A stretch of 64,000 bases of DNA from Bacteroidota bacterium (GCA_016722375.1 JADKJG010000002.1:268389-332388); one strand, 5' to 3'; counted from the first letter of the stretch, positions 33,309 to 43,920 are shown. Translations and numbers: made by a program. The notes: generated by a model not told the origin, from the letters alone.

Positions 33309-33588
33309 GGTTTCAGAATTTGCTCTTCTAGACTTTGAAGAAGCATATTACTGGTACGAAGAACAAAGGAAAGGGTTGGGAGATGATTTAGGTCTTTGTT
33401 TTGATGAGGGATTAGAAATAATAAGTCGTCATCCATATTTTGAAGAAAGAGAGAAAGAGATTCGGATATTGAACATACGTAGATTTCCATACCAAATAAT
33501 TTATCGGATAACAGGCGAAATGATAGAAGTCGTTGCTTTTTTTCATGGGCATCGTAATCCGAGAGTCTGGCAAACAAGAATAGAATAA
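33295..33588 (+). CDS. Type II toxin-antitoxin system RelE/ParE-family toxin
   Basis: 97 aa. A..DFEEAYYWYEEQ..GLG..L, RRFPYQIIYR, VVAFFHGHRNP. Its ATG overlaps the end of the upstream antitoxin frame. Confidence 0.75.
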   Translation: MFRIKVSEFALLDFEEAYYWYEEQRKGLGDDLGLCFDEGLEIISRHPYFEEREKEIRILNIRRFPYQIIYRITGEMIEVVAFFHGHRNPRVWQTRIE

Positions 33589-35042
33589 TGAGCGATAGTA
33601 AATACGATAAATACGAAGTAGTGGTGGGGCTGGAAGTCCATGCCCAGCTTTCTACTCAAAGCAAGATGTATAGCGGCGATTCGGCGGAGTTTGGCGGCGC
33701 TCCGAACACGCATGTCAGTGTGATTTCGTTGGGACATCCGGGTACATTGCCGGTGGTGAACGAGACCGCTATTGAGTATGCCGTGAAGTTGGGACTGGCT
33801 ACACATTCCAATATTCGGAATGAGAATCAATTCGCTCGGAAGAACTATTTCTATGCCGATTTGCCGAAGGGCTACCAGATCACACAAGACAAAACGCCTA
33901 TCTGTACCGAAGGATATATAGAGTTTGAATTTGAAGGAGGGAAAAAGAAAGTGAACCTGACGCGCATCCACATGGAGGAAGATGCCGGAAAGAGCATCCA
34001 CGATATTGATCCTTACTTTACTTTGGTGGATTTGAACCGCGCCGGAGTGCCTTTGATAGAAATTGTATCAGAACCGGATATCAGAAGTGGAGATGAGGCG
34101 ATGGCCTATCTGAACGAAGTTCAAAAGTTGGTCCGCTATCTGGGCATTTGCGATGGCAACATGGAAGAAGGCTCGATGCGTTGCGACGCGAATGTCTCCG
34201 TTCGGTTGAAAGGGACGAATGTGCTCAATCCGCGAAGCGAAGTGAAGAACATGAACTCGATGCGCAACGTGAAACGCGCCATTGAATATGAATTCATGCG
34301 CCAGATTGACGGGATGGAAGCAGGAGAGAAGCTGGTTCAGGAAACAAGGGGCTTTGAGGCTGTGAAAGGAATCACTCTTTCGCAGCGCAGCAAAGAACAG
34401 GCGCATGATTACCGCTATTTCCCAGAACCGGATTTGCCGCCGGTATATGTTTCTGAAGAATACATTCAGTCGGTAAAGAAGAACATGCCCAAACTTGCTT
34501 CTGAGTTGAAGGAAGAATACATGACGATTTATGGTTTGCCGGAGTATGATTCGAGAATCATTACAGACGACAAGGCCTTGGCAGAATATTTCAACCTACT
34601 ATTGGCCGAAACAAAAAATTATAAAGCCGCAGCCAACTGGATTTTAGGCCCGGTGAAGAACTACCTGAATGAACACGGCAAAGAGATAAGCGACTTCAAT
34701 CTGGCTCCAGCCATGCTCGCTAAGTTGATTGTACTGATTGACGCTGGCAAAACCAATTTCTCGGTGGCTTCTACCAATATCTTTCCGGTCATGGTTTCCA
34801 GCCCTGACAAGGAGCCGCTAACTATAGCGCAGGAACTCAATTTGCTGCAAAGCAGTGATGAGGGCTTGATAAACGACCTGATAACTGAGGTGCTTGCTAA
34901 ATATCCTGAAAAAGTAGCTGAATATAAGGCCGGGAAGAAAGGATTGTTAGGTTTGTTCGTCGGAGAGGTGATGAAACTATCCAAAGGCAAAGCCGACCCG
35001 AAACTGACAAACAAACTCGTAGCCGAAAAATTAGAATCTTAA
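33588..35042 (+). CDS. gatB: Asp-tRNA(Asn)/Glu-tRNA(Gln) amidotransferase subunit B
   Basis: 484 aa. YEVVVGLEVHAQL, FARKNYFYADLPKGYQI(T)Q, HMEEDAGKS, and a C-terminal YqeY-like tail. Confidence 0.93.
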   Translation: MSDSKYDKYEVVVGLEVHAQLSTQSKMYSGDSAEFGGAPNTHVSVISLGHPGTLPVVNETAIEYAVKLGLATHSNIRNENQFARKNYFYADLPKGYQITQDKTPICTEGYIEFEFEGGKKKVNLTRIHMEEDAGKSIHDIDPYFTLVDLNRAGVPLIEIVSEPDIRSGDEAMAYLNEVQKLVRYLGICDGNMEEGSMRCDANVSVRLKGTNVLNPRSEVKNMNSMRNVKRAIEYEFMRQIDGMEAGEKLVQETRGFEAVKGITLSQRSKEQAHDYRYFPEPDLPPVYVSEEYIQSVKKNMPKLASELKEEYMTIYGLPEYDSRIITDDKALAEYFNLLLAETKNYKAAANWILGPVKNYLNEHGKEISDFNLAPAMLAKLIVLIDAGKTNFSVASTNIFPVMVSSPDKEPLTIAQELNLLQSSDEGLINDLITEVLAKYPEKVAEYKAGKKGLLGLFVGEVMKLSKGKADPKLTNKLVAEKLES

Positions 35043-35072
35043 TTTCGCCCCTCATTTCTTTAAAAACAAATC

Positions 35073-36207
35073 ATGCATAAAATTATTGCTTTAGTCCTTT
35101 TCTTCTCCATTGCTTCTGCTTGTAACCTGAATGGCAACACCGATAAATACACCATAGAGGGAACGGTGAAGAATCACCCCGCTAAATCTGTAGTGCTAGA
35201 AAAGCTAGGGTTGAAGCAGTTGACAATGGTAGATTCTGCAGCAATTGATGATCAAGGACACTTTAAAATGTCGGGTGTTTCTGAAAAAGGTTTCTACCGA
35301 TTGAAATTGGACAACAAAACCAGCTTTTTGATTTTACTGGAGCCGGTTCAGTATCAGGTGGAGATAGACTTGAGCAATCAAGAGAACAATTTCAAGGCGA
35401 GCGGCTCTAAGGGTAATGATGAATTTCAGAAGGCGTTCAAAGAAATGAATGCAGTGCAACAGGAGTTGAATGGATGGAATCAGGCATATCAGGCATACGG
35501 ACAGATGAAGGTTTCGATGGACACGATGATGTTTATTCAGCAACAATTACAGACGGCGGGTGCAAAGTTTGAAAGTTATATCAGGGATAGTTCTCAAGTA
35601 GCTAAGGATCCTTTGGTGGCTATGTTTTTAGTAACCAATGGACCCGTGGATAAATTCCCAAAAGAGAATCTTGCAATTATTCATCGTTTAGAAAAGGAAC
35701 TACCTAATTCATCCTATACGAAGGACTATCGCGAAGTGTATAATAATTATGAAAAGCAAATGAAAGAACAAGGCCGATGCTTTGGCTGTGGGCAAGGAAG
35801 CTCCGGATATTGATTTGAAAGACCCTAACGGAAAGAATATCAAACTTTCATCTTTGAAAGGCAAGGTAGTGTTGTTAGATTTTTGGGCATCGTGGTGCGG
35901 CCCTTGCCGGGTGGAAATGCCAAATGTGGTCTCTGTATATAAAAAATATAAAGACAAGGGCTTTACCGTCTATAGTGTTTCATTGGATAAAGAAGCCAAT
36001 GCTTGGAAAAATTCCATTGCGGCTTTGGGTATGGTTTGGGAGAATCACGTGAGCGATTTGAAATACTGGCAGTCGGAAGCTGCTTTGCGTTATGGTGTAC
36101 AGGGCATACCTGCTGCTTATCTTTTAGATAGAAACGGGATTATTATTGCCAAAGATGGCCTGCGCGGCCCAGCCTTGGAACAGAAGGTTGCTGAAGTGAT
36201 TCAGTAA
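35073..36207 (+). pseudogene. TlpA-family thiol:disulfide oxidoreductase with an N-terminal DUF4369-like domain, frameshifted near 35771-35775
   Basis: The ORF 35073..35813 (lipoprotein-like start, DKYTIEGTVKNHPAKSVVLEKL) and the ORF 35782..36207 (AVGKEAPDIDLKDPNGK...LLDFWASWCGPCR) join. The second frame reads KADALAVGKEAPD directly after ...MKEQ. Confidence 0.75.
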
Positions 36208-36303
36208 TTGACGAGCGAGATTTCTCCTTCGTTTTCAGGAAGCAAATAGAAATCATGGCTTCGGAAACTTCAAGTCAGGTGCTTTTTATAGCGAAAAAGT
36301 CAT

Positions 36304-36513
36304 TTGCTCCAGCAAATTTAGAATCCGCTGCACCGAATTGGGTATTTGCTACACCAGATTTCATTTTTGCTGCACCAAATTTGGTTTTTGCTGCACCAGA
36401 TTTGGTTTTTGCTGCACCAAATTAGGTTTTTGCTGCACCAAATTTGATTTTTGCTGCACCAAATTGGGTTTTTGCTGCACCAAATCAAGAATTTGCTATA
36501 GCGTTTGATACAA
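36304..36513. repeat. Tandem array A3: 10 units of 21 bp, consensus TTTGCTGCACCAAATTTGGTT
   Basis: TTTGCT recurs at 36304, (36325 degenerate), 36346, 36367, 36388, 36409, 36430, 36451, 36472 and 36493. The core ACCAAATTTGGT is a 12-nt palindrome. Confidence 0.9.
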
Positions 36514-36558
36514 ACATCCTTTATTTCTCCAAACTTAGTGTCTACTGTCTATTTACGG

Positions 36559-37191
36559 TTAGATATTGGAGCCGATCAATGTTCCAATCAAATCCGAAAT
36601 AAGAGGGTAGGAGTCCTTCTGGTAGTTTTCAAGGTCCACTTTCTTAACCCACCGCGCTTCCGTGATCCCTTCTTGTGTTTGGGGTTTTAAGTTGTTTTGG
36701 TTGGGATATGAACTCATTTCAAACCAACTAGTTTCTTTCAAACAATTCTTTCCATTCATCTGATACGTGTGATACGTTTTGACAAATTTGTCCGTTGCAC
36801 TTTGAATAATAACCCCGGTCTCTTCTTCTACTTCCCGTTGGGCACCGGCTTGAATATTTTCATCCGGTTCTATTTTGCCTTTCGGCAAATCCCACATACC
36901 TTTTCTATAAATCATCAGAAGTTCGCCGTGTTCATTCCAAACGATACCTCCGCCGGCAATAATGAGTTTTACCTTCTTTTTTAATTCTTGCATCCAATAC
37001 TCCGGCTTTTTGGTAAGTATATGGACATTTCTGGTTAGTGAACCATCAAATAATCCCACAGAATCTGAAAAAAACTTTTCGATAGAGGCCTCTTTGGTCA
37101 GGAGTAAATCTGAAAATTCCTTACTTTGCTTCGAGGAGTTGGATAGTTGCAAAATAGAATGGTTAAAATAAATTTTATAGCCTAAATCCAT
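36559..37191 (-). CDS. NUDIX hydrolase
   Basis: 210 aa. Nudix box GKIEPDENIQAGAQREVEEETGV. Confidence 0.8.
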   Translation of the reverse strand: MDLGYKIYFNHSILQLSNSSKQSKEFSDLLLTKEASIEKFFSDSVGLFDGSLTRNVHILTKKPEYWMQELKKKVKLIIAGGGIVWNEHGELLMIYRKGMWDLPKGKIEPDENIQAGAQREVEEETGVIIQSATDKFVKTYHTYQMNGKNCLKETSWFEMSSYPNQNNLKPQTQEGITEARWVKKVDLENYQKDSYPLISDLIGTLIGSNI

Positions 37192-37265
37192 TGGGTTCTC
37201 TTAATAAGAAGTTCAAACTTATCACAATTTCTGTTTCATTTAATTATGTGTCCTCAATTTAAAAT

Positions 37266-37907
37266 ATGCTGATAAATAAAACCATTGCCCGGGAGGTTGC
37301 AGAATACCTACTCGAAATTAAAGCCGTGGTATTAAATCCTTCTGAGCCGTTCACTTGGGCAAGTGGAATGAAGAGTCCAATATATTGCGACAACCGAAAA
37401 ACACTTTCCTATCCTAAAGTGAGGAACTTCATAAAGACGGCATTTGCTGAAATAATTACCGATGAATTTTGTACTTGTGAATTGATTGCTGGAGTGGCAA
37501 CGGCAGGAATTCCCCATGGAGCGTTAGTCGCAGATGTATTAACCCTCCCCTTTGTGTATGTGCGAGATAAAGCAAAGGCGCATGGGTTGGAAAACTTAAT
37601 AGAAGGGAAATTGGAGTCCGGCCAAAAGGTGATTGTAATAGAAGATTTGATTTCCACGGGCGGCAGCTCGCTCAAAGCTATAGAAGCCTTGAGAAGGGCA
37701 GGAGCTGAGGTGTTGGGATTGGCCGCAATTTTCACTTATGCTTTCCCCGAATCTTCGCGAAATTTTGAAGCGGCAAAGTGCCCATTCTTTACGCTTTCTG
37801 ACTATCCTACTTTAATTGAAGTAGCACACCAGCAAGACTACATAAAAGATTCTGAAAAAATAGTTTTGCTTGATTGGTATCGCAATCCTGTTGGATGGAA
37901 TGCCTAG
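37266..37907 (+). CDS. pyrE: Orotate phosphoribosyltransferase
   Basis: 213 aa. FTWASGMKSPIYCDNR, and the PRPP-binding motif VIVIEDLISTGGS. Confidence 0.9.
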   Translation: MLINKTIAREVAEYLLEIKAVVLNPSEPFTWASGMKSPIYCDNRKTLSYPKVRNFIKTAFAEIITDEFCTCELIAGVATAGIPHGALVADVLTLPFVYVRDKAKAHGLENLIEGKLESGQKVIVIEDLISTGGSSLKAIEALRRAGAEVLGLAAIFTYAFPESSRNFEAAKCPFFTLSDYPTLIEVAHQQDYIKDSEKIVLLDWYRNPVGWNA

Positions 37908-38063
37908 AGCTGGTTTTAGCTAACTCATAGCTAATATTTATAAGTTTTACGTCGCTGATATTTATATATACGCAGAAGCATTGCACTTTTCTGAAACTTC
38001 CGTTTCATCTACACGTATATAGGTATAATACCAATTCTGGTATGTATAATCGGAGTAATCGTA

Positions 38064-41000
38064 ATGAACGGGATATTAAGATTGAAATTTTTCATAGCAG
38101 TGTTTGCGCTGCTTTGTGTCGTCCGGCTTTCGGGTCAGGTGACCGCGGATTTTGCTATTAATGCTCCCACCAATAACTGCAATCCTGCCATTTATAGTTT
38201 TTCCAATAATTCCATCGGTATTCCTCCTTTGACTTATGAGTGGAACTTTGGGGTTTATCCTGGACTTAACTCTGTTTTTGCGAACCCGAGTACAACGTAT
38301 TTAACCTGTGGAAGTTTTGCCGTAAAACTGATTACCACCAATGGATTAGGTCTGAAAGATTCTATAACAAAAATGGTAGTGATTCGTTGTTCTCCTAAGC
38401 CCAGTTTCACCACTTCTACCTTAACCGGATGTCTTCCTATGCCGGTTAAATTTATCAGCACCTCGCAGCCCGGAAGTGGCACAATCACCAATCTGATTTG
38501 GGATTTTGGAGACGGATCTAGCGGTGGAGGGCTAAGCGAAGAGCATGTCTATACATCCTCTGGCTGTAAGAACATAACATTGATAGCAACCAATTCTTTT
38601 GGCTGTGTCAAGGATACTACGATGAATAATGTTCTCTGCGCTTATCCACGACCTACCGCGGCGTTCAGTTCCCCTATAACTACAACTTGTAACCTTCCTT
38701 TACAAGTAACTTATAGTAATTCCTCTTTTGGTGGCACCGGGCCATATAACTATCGCTGGATTTTTGAAGGAGGAGTGCCGCCTACTTCTACCCAGGCTAC
38801 ACCGCAGGTTACCTACAATTCGTATGGTAGTTTTACCTCGTATCTGGTTGTGGTAGATGCCAATGGTTGTTCAGATACTATTGAAAAGCAAAATTATATC
38901 AACACAGTTAGTAGCTATGTGAATTTTACTTTGAGCAGCAACACAGGCTGTGCGCCGGGTTCCATTACAACTAGTGCTGTTACTACCTCAACGCCTCTAT
39001 CGTATAACTGGACAGCATCACCTTCAGCGGTTATAACAAACCCCAATTCAAAGAACGCAACATTTACTTTCAGCGACACAGGAACTTATGATTTATGCCT
39101 GCTTGTTGATTATGGGAATAACTGTATTGGCAGCCGTTGTAGCACTGTGGTGATTAATCCTGCCCCGTTAGCCCTATTTCGAGCAGAAGGTCTGTTTAAT
39201 ACTTGTCAGAAGCCAAATCTGATTTCTTTTGTTGATTCTTCGTCAGGTACTAACTTGGCTTATGACTGGTCTTTTAACGGAGGTATTCCTGCGTCAGCAA
39301 ATACTCCGAAACCGCCCATGGTTGTTTATGATAGCTGTGGAACTTATACAGCACGTTTAACAGTAACGAATGATTTTGGATGTTCCTCTATCCATACATT
39401 GCCTGCGTTTATGACTATTACTTGTCCGAAAAACTCAATTGTGGTAGCTCCCCGATATGGGTGCATTCCGCTATCTGCCGGATTTACTAGTGGCATGGAT
39501 GATGGCTCCCCTGTATCTTGGTTATGGGATTTTGGCGATACAGCCAGCGGAGTAAATAATATCAGTACACTTGAAAACCCAAGCCATACATTTAATGACC
39601 CCGGCTGTTATAAGGTCACATTAACCACTACCACGACAGAAGGTTGTTCTGTCACAACGACAATGGGCGATGCGGTTTGTGGCGGTCATCGTCCTCATCC
39701 AAACTTTAGCGCCAATCCTCCCGTCAATTGTGTTAACCAGCCCGTATATTTTTCCGATTCTTCAACCGGTACCTTTGAGTACACTAAATATGTATGGGAC
39801 TTTTATGGCGGCCCACCTTATGACAATATGAGCAATGATAAAAACCCGGTTTATGCTTATGGAGATACCGGCGTCTTTGATATCACCTTGATTGTGTCAA
39901 ACTATGGTTGCGCGGATACGATTACTAAGGATGATTACGTAAAAATTCTAGCACCTGTGGCGTTACCCAAAGTAATTACCGATTGCAAAAATCCGCTTCA
40001 GGTAGTATTAGACGGGAGTGGCTCTACCGGAGGACAACGTTACAAATGGATCATTCCCGGTGGTTCTCCGGCAGTGGCCTCTTCTGCGGTAGTCATCGTT
40101 ACCTATCCGGCTACAGGAAGTTATACGGCTACCTTAATCGTCTATAATGACTCTACAGGCTGTTCAGACCTTGGAGATATTTCTTTTTCGCCTACTGCTG
40201 GCCATGCCCAATTCACTGCCAGTCCGCTATTTTCCTGTGCGCCTTCAAATATTTGTGTCAACAACACTTCAATAGACGCTATCAGTCATTTATGGCAGCT
40301 AATCAGTTCTGCAAATGGTTCGGTGGTGACCACTTCAACAGCGAGACAACCATGTTTTAATATTAATACAGCCGGAATTTATGGTTTGAGATTAATAGTG
40401 ACCGATGCCGGCGGATGTAAGGATACCCTCTACCGTCCCGATTATATTCAAGTCAATAAACCGGCCGCAAATTTTATCGGTGCGCCGCTTACCGGTTGTG
40501 TTCCGCTTACTTCTTCTTTCTCTGATTCTTCTAGTGTTCCGGCATCTTCAGCACCGATTGTCAGTTGGCACTATACCTTCGGAGATTTGGCCAGTGGAAG
40601 TCAAAACATCTCCACCGTTAAAAACCCTTCCCATATATTTAACTTTCCCGGCTCTTATACCATTGCGCAAACAGTTACGGATTCAACTGGTTGCGCAAAC
40701 ACCAAAACAAGAAATTTTTATGTGGTAGTAGGCGATCCAAAAGCAAGGTTTACTTCACCCGATACCGTAGTTTGTAATGGAAGCACCATTTGTTTTAAAA
40801 ATACTTCCAGCGGTAATGGATTAAAGTATTCATGGGATTTCGGTGATGGAACTACCTCCACGGTAGCTAACCCTTGCCGTCAATACGCTGTAGATTCAGG
40901 CCTTTTTAATATCAGTTTAAGTGTGATGGATGAAGTAGGTTGTAGGGATACAACTACTCGGTCTAGTTATATTAACATTCAAAAATTTACTGCGGCGCTG

Positions 41001-43322
41001 ATGGCTGACGTTACCACTAGCAATTGTCCACCATTAGCGGTTCAATTTTCAAATATTTCCAGAAATACGACTTCGGGCACTATGTACAAATGGAGCTTCG
41101 GCGATGCACAGGTTTCTACGTTGGTTAACCCTTTTCATATTTATAATGCTCCGGGGTCATTTAATGTTAGCCTGATTGCTGTCAGTCCTAAAGGATGTAC
41201 CGATACGCTTGTATTAAACGATTATATCCGCATCGGTGGTCCGGTGGCTACTATCACCCAAGCACCTACATCAGGTTGTGCTCCGCACCGGATTTGCATG
41301 GCGGTGAATTCTCCAAATGCGGTAAGTTATACCTGGAATCTTGGCGATGGAACAGTAAAGCCAGGAAGAGATACAATTTGTTATACTTATGAATCTACCG
41401 GAATTTTTTTCCCGGAAATTATCCTGTCCGATACTGCGGGCTGTGTGTATGCTAAACCCCTGGGAGTTATTCATGTGGGTGGAGCAGTATCCCACTTCAA
41501 TAATGAACCAGCACATATTTGCGGGCCTCAAACCATCTTGTTTTCGGACTCTAGTTACGGGATTTCTGCTATCCAATCCATCTCTTGGAACTTTGGTGAT
41601 TCAACCAGCGGTCCCTCTAATAATTCTTCTCAACTAAATCCTTCACATCATTTTTCTAATCCTGGCTCATATAACGTTACGCATCGAATTATGACCACAG
41701 ATGGTTGCTCCAACACCAGTCAAAAAGTAATTTCTGTTCATCCTACTTTAATACTTAACATTACACTAAGCGATACAGCTTTCTGTGGACCGGATACTGT
41801 TTATTTTACTGACAAAACCGTTCATCTCGCCCCATACAATTATCGCTTCTGGAGTTTTGGTGACCCGATCAGCGGTAATGAAAATTTCTCCGGCCTTCCC
41901 GACCCGTCTCATTATTACTCGACACCTGGCTATCATCCGGTTTCTCTAATAGTGGTAGATGTAAATGGTTGCACGGACACGGCGTTTACTGGTTTTACCT
42001 TGTTTGAACAACCAGTAGCAGCCTTTTCGGCATTCGATACTTGTTTAAATTCCCAACCCATCATATTTCAGAACTCCTCTTTATATGCTGGTCATTACAG
42101 ATGGGATTTTGGTGATGGCTCATCCTCTACAGTCTTTCAACCCAAACATACTTTTGCTGACACTGGTTCCTATCAGGTTCGTTTAGCCGTGAATAATAAA
42201 TACTGTTATGATTCTGCTTCAGCTTTTGTACGTATTCAGGATCTACCCAATCTTTCTTTCCAGTTAAATTCCAATTTTCTTTGTGGCCCGCCCGCTGTTT
42301 TTGCGGCAACCAACACTAGTACCGACGCTCATTCCTTTTTTTGGAATTTTGGAAACGGGATTTATTCTACTGAACTAAACGCTGTAGATTCTTTTATGCA
42401 ACCCGGAGTTTATGTGATTCAACTTTCCGGTCAAAATCAATTCGGATGTCGAGATACGGTGAGTGATTCCATCACCGTTTATCCTTATCCGAAAACTAAC
42501 CACATCTATTTAGATCCTCTGGAAGGTTGCGCTCCTTTTACTTTATCTTTTACTGCAGATGTAACTAATGGGACTTCTTATACATGGGACTTTGGCGATG
42601 GCTCTGTTCCGGTTGTTTCCGAGAACCCCACTGTTTCACACACCTATACCGATACAGGTAGTTTCACTCTTCGGCTGAAAACTATTTCATTCCTTGACTG
42701 TGCAGATAATGTAGTGCTATGGGATACCGTAAAAGTATATGTTGCACCGGTTGCAGCATTTGAATATACTCTGAACTCCATTGGTGACCTAATAGATGGA
42801 ACCGTTGATTTCACCAATCAAAGTTTAAACGCCACCCATTATGAATGGGAATTTGGAGATGGCTCTTTTTCTGTTGAAGAAATCCCTACGCATCTCTATT
42901 CTGACATCAATGAATTCAATGTAATTCTTTACGCAATTACTGATTACGGTTGCCGCGACTCAGCCACGGCTTCTTTTTATGTAGTGAAGAAGTCGCTCTA
43001 TGTTCCTAATGCTTTTGCGCCCGATCATTATGTCGGTGAAAGCTTAGTTCGTATTTGGAAGCCTGTAGGTATCGGTTTGAAGGAGTATCGTGCCTCAGTG
43101 TATAACACTTGGGGTGAGTTGATTTGGGAATCTACCGCACTAACTGAGGATGGTAAACCTGTCGATGGATGGGATGGAACCTATCGAGGCAAAGCCTGCC
43201 AACAGGATGTATATGTTTGGAAAGTGGAAGCTGTTTTCCTCGATAATATAGTGTGGGAAGGCATGTCGTATAAAAAAGGACAACCCAGAAAAACGATGGG
43301 TGATGTTACACTGATCAGGTAA
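38064..43322 (+). CDS. Giant PKD-repeat cell-surface protein with a gliding-motility-associated / T9SS type B C-terminal domain
   Basis: 1752 aa with a signal peptide. At least 15 PKD-type repeats with the recurring W(D/N)FGDG....NP.H.Y motif. C-terminus YVPNAFAPD...GWDGTYRGKACQQDVYVWKVEA...VTLIR. Confidence 0.9.
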   Translation: MNGILRLKFFIAVFALLCVVRLSGQVTADFAINAPTNNCNPAIYSFSNNSIGIPPLTYEWNFGVYPGLNSVFANPSTTYLTCGSFAVKLITTNGLGLKDSITKMVVIRCSPKPSFTTSTLTGCLPMPVKFISTSQPGSGTITNLIWDFGDGSSGGGLSEEHVYTSSGCKNITLIATNSFGCVKDTTMNNVLCAYPRPTAAFSSPITTTCNLPLQVTYSNSSFGGTGPYNYRWIFEGGVPPTSTQATPQVTYNSYGSFTSYLVVVDANGCSDTIEKQNYINTVSSYVNFTLSSNTGCAPGSITTSAVTTSTPLSYNWTASPSAVITNPNSKNATFTFSDTGTYDLCLLVDYGNNCIGSRCSTVVINPAPLALFRAEGLFNTCQKPNLISFVDSSSGTNLAYDWSFNGGIPASANTPKPPMVVYDSCGTYTARLTVTNDFGCSSIHTLPAFMTITCPKNSIVVAPRYGCIPLSAGFTSGMDDGSPVSWLWDFGDTASGVNNISTLENPSHTFNDPGCYKVTLTTTTTEGCSVTTTMGDAVCGGHRPHPNFSANPPVNCVNQPVYFSDSSTGTFEYTKYVWDFYGGPPYDNMSNDKNPVYAYGDTGVFDITLIVSNYGCADTITKDDYVKILAPVALPKVITDCKNPLQVVLDGSGSTGGQRYKWIIPGGSPAVASSAVVIVTYPATGSYTATLIVYNDSTGCSDLGDISFSPTAGHAQFTASPLFSCAPSNICVNNTSIDAISHLWQLISSANGSVVTTSTARQPCFNINTAGIYGLRLIVTDAGGCKDTLYRPDYIQVNKPAANFIGAPLTGCVPLTSSFSDSSSVPASSAPIVSWHYTFGDLASGSQNISTVKNPSHIFNFPGSYTIAQTVTDSTGCANTKTRNFYVVVGDPKARFTSPDTVVCNGSTICFKNTSSGNGLKYSWDFGDGTTSTVANPCRQYAVDSGLFNISLSVMDEVGCRDTTTRSSYINIQKFTAALMADVTTSNCPPLAVQFSNISRNTTSGTMYKWSFGDAQVSTLVNPFHIYNAPGSFNVSLIAVSPKGCTDTLVLNDYIRIGGPVATITQAPTSGCAPHRICMAVNSPNAVSYTWNLGDGTVKPGRDTICYTYESTGIFFPEIILSDTAGCVYAKPLGVIHVGGAVSHFNNEPAHICGPQTILFSDSSYGISAIQSISWNFGDSTSGPSNNSSQLNPSHHFSNPGSYNVTHRIMTTDGCSNTSQKVISVHPTLILNITLSDTAFCGPDTVYFTDKTVHLAPYNYRFWSFGDPISGNENFSGLPDPSHYYSTPGYHPVSLIVVDVNGCTDTAFTGFTLFEQPVAAFSAFDTCLNSQPIIFQNSSLYAGHYRWDFGDGSSSTVFQPKHTFADTGSYQVRLAVNNKYCYDSASAFVRIQDLPNLSFQLNSNFLCGPPAVFAATNTSTDAHSFFWNFGNGIYSTELNAVDSFMQPGVYVIQLSGQNQFGCRDTVSDSITVYPYPKTNHIYLDPLEGCAPFTLSFTADVTNGTSYTWDFGDGSVPVVSENPTVSHTYTDTGSFTLRLKTISFLDCADNVVLWDTVKVYVAPVAAFEYTLNSIGDLIDGTVDFTNQSLNATHYEWEFGDGSFSVEEIPTHLYSDINEFNVILYAITDYGCRDSATASFYVVKKSLYVPNAFAPDHYVGESLVRIWKPVGIGLKEYRASVYNTWGELIWESTALTEDGKPVDGWDGTYRGKACQQDVYVWKVEAVFLDNIVWEGMSYKKGQPRKTMGDVTLIR

Positions 43323-43352
43323 TCTGGTTGAACCCTAGCAATAATAAATTCT

Positions 43353-43871
43353 CTACTCTCCATCCACCACTATCGGAGTAGTTTGTATAAAGTTGCTGAA
43401 ATGGCCGGCTTGATCTCGCATCATGACGTAAAAGATTGCAGTATCTTTCGGGCAGCCGATTTGAGGAGGTGCTAGACACTTCTTCGTATCAACTGCGCGA
43501 ATCACTTCTATTTCACCTTCAATTCCTGGAAATTTTCCGTTGGAAGATACGTTTGCTGAAGCAAAGGATTGCACACAGCCATCGCGGTTATCAATCAGAA
43601 AGATATTGAAGTTGCTGTTACGCAAAACGGTGGAGTCATCGCTGGTGAGCCTACAACATTCGCATAGGGTCGTATCTTTTGATATCTTGATTCCGATATC
43701 ACCATCACCATCGGTGAAGGAAAAAGTGATAGTGTCTTCATATCCACTTTTGAGAAATGAGGAAGAAACCGAAACAAATTCAAGGTGCGGCTCAACTGGA
43801 AATTCAGGAGCCTTGAGACAGGAGAATAGCGTGAAACTGGCCAATAGTGAGATTAAAACAGTCTTAGACAT
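43353..43871 (-). CDS. Hypothetical lipoprotein
   Basis: 172 aa. Lipobox LASFTLFSC. No recognisable family. Confidence 0.5.
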   Translation of the reverse strand: MSKTVLISLLASFTLFSCLKAPEFPVEPHLEFVSVSSSFLKSGYEDTITFSFTDGDGDIGIKISKDTTLCECCRLTSDDSTVLRNSNFNIFLIDNRDGCVQSFASANVSSNGKFPGIEGEIEVIRAVDTKKCLAPPQIGCPKDTAIFYVMMRDQAGHFSNFIQTTPIVVDGE

Positions 43872-43920
43872 AAGTCAAAGAAACTCAAAATGATTTGATT
43901 TATCGCATTTTTACAAAGGA

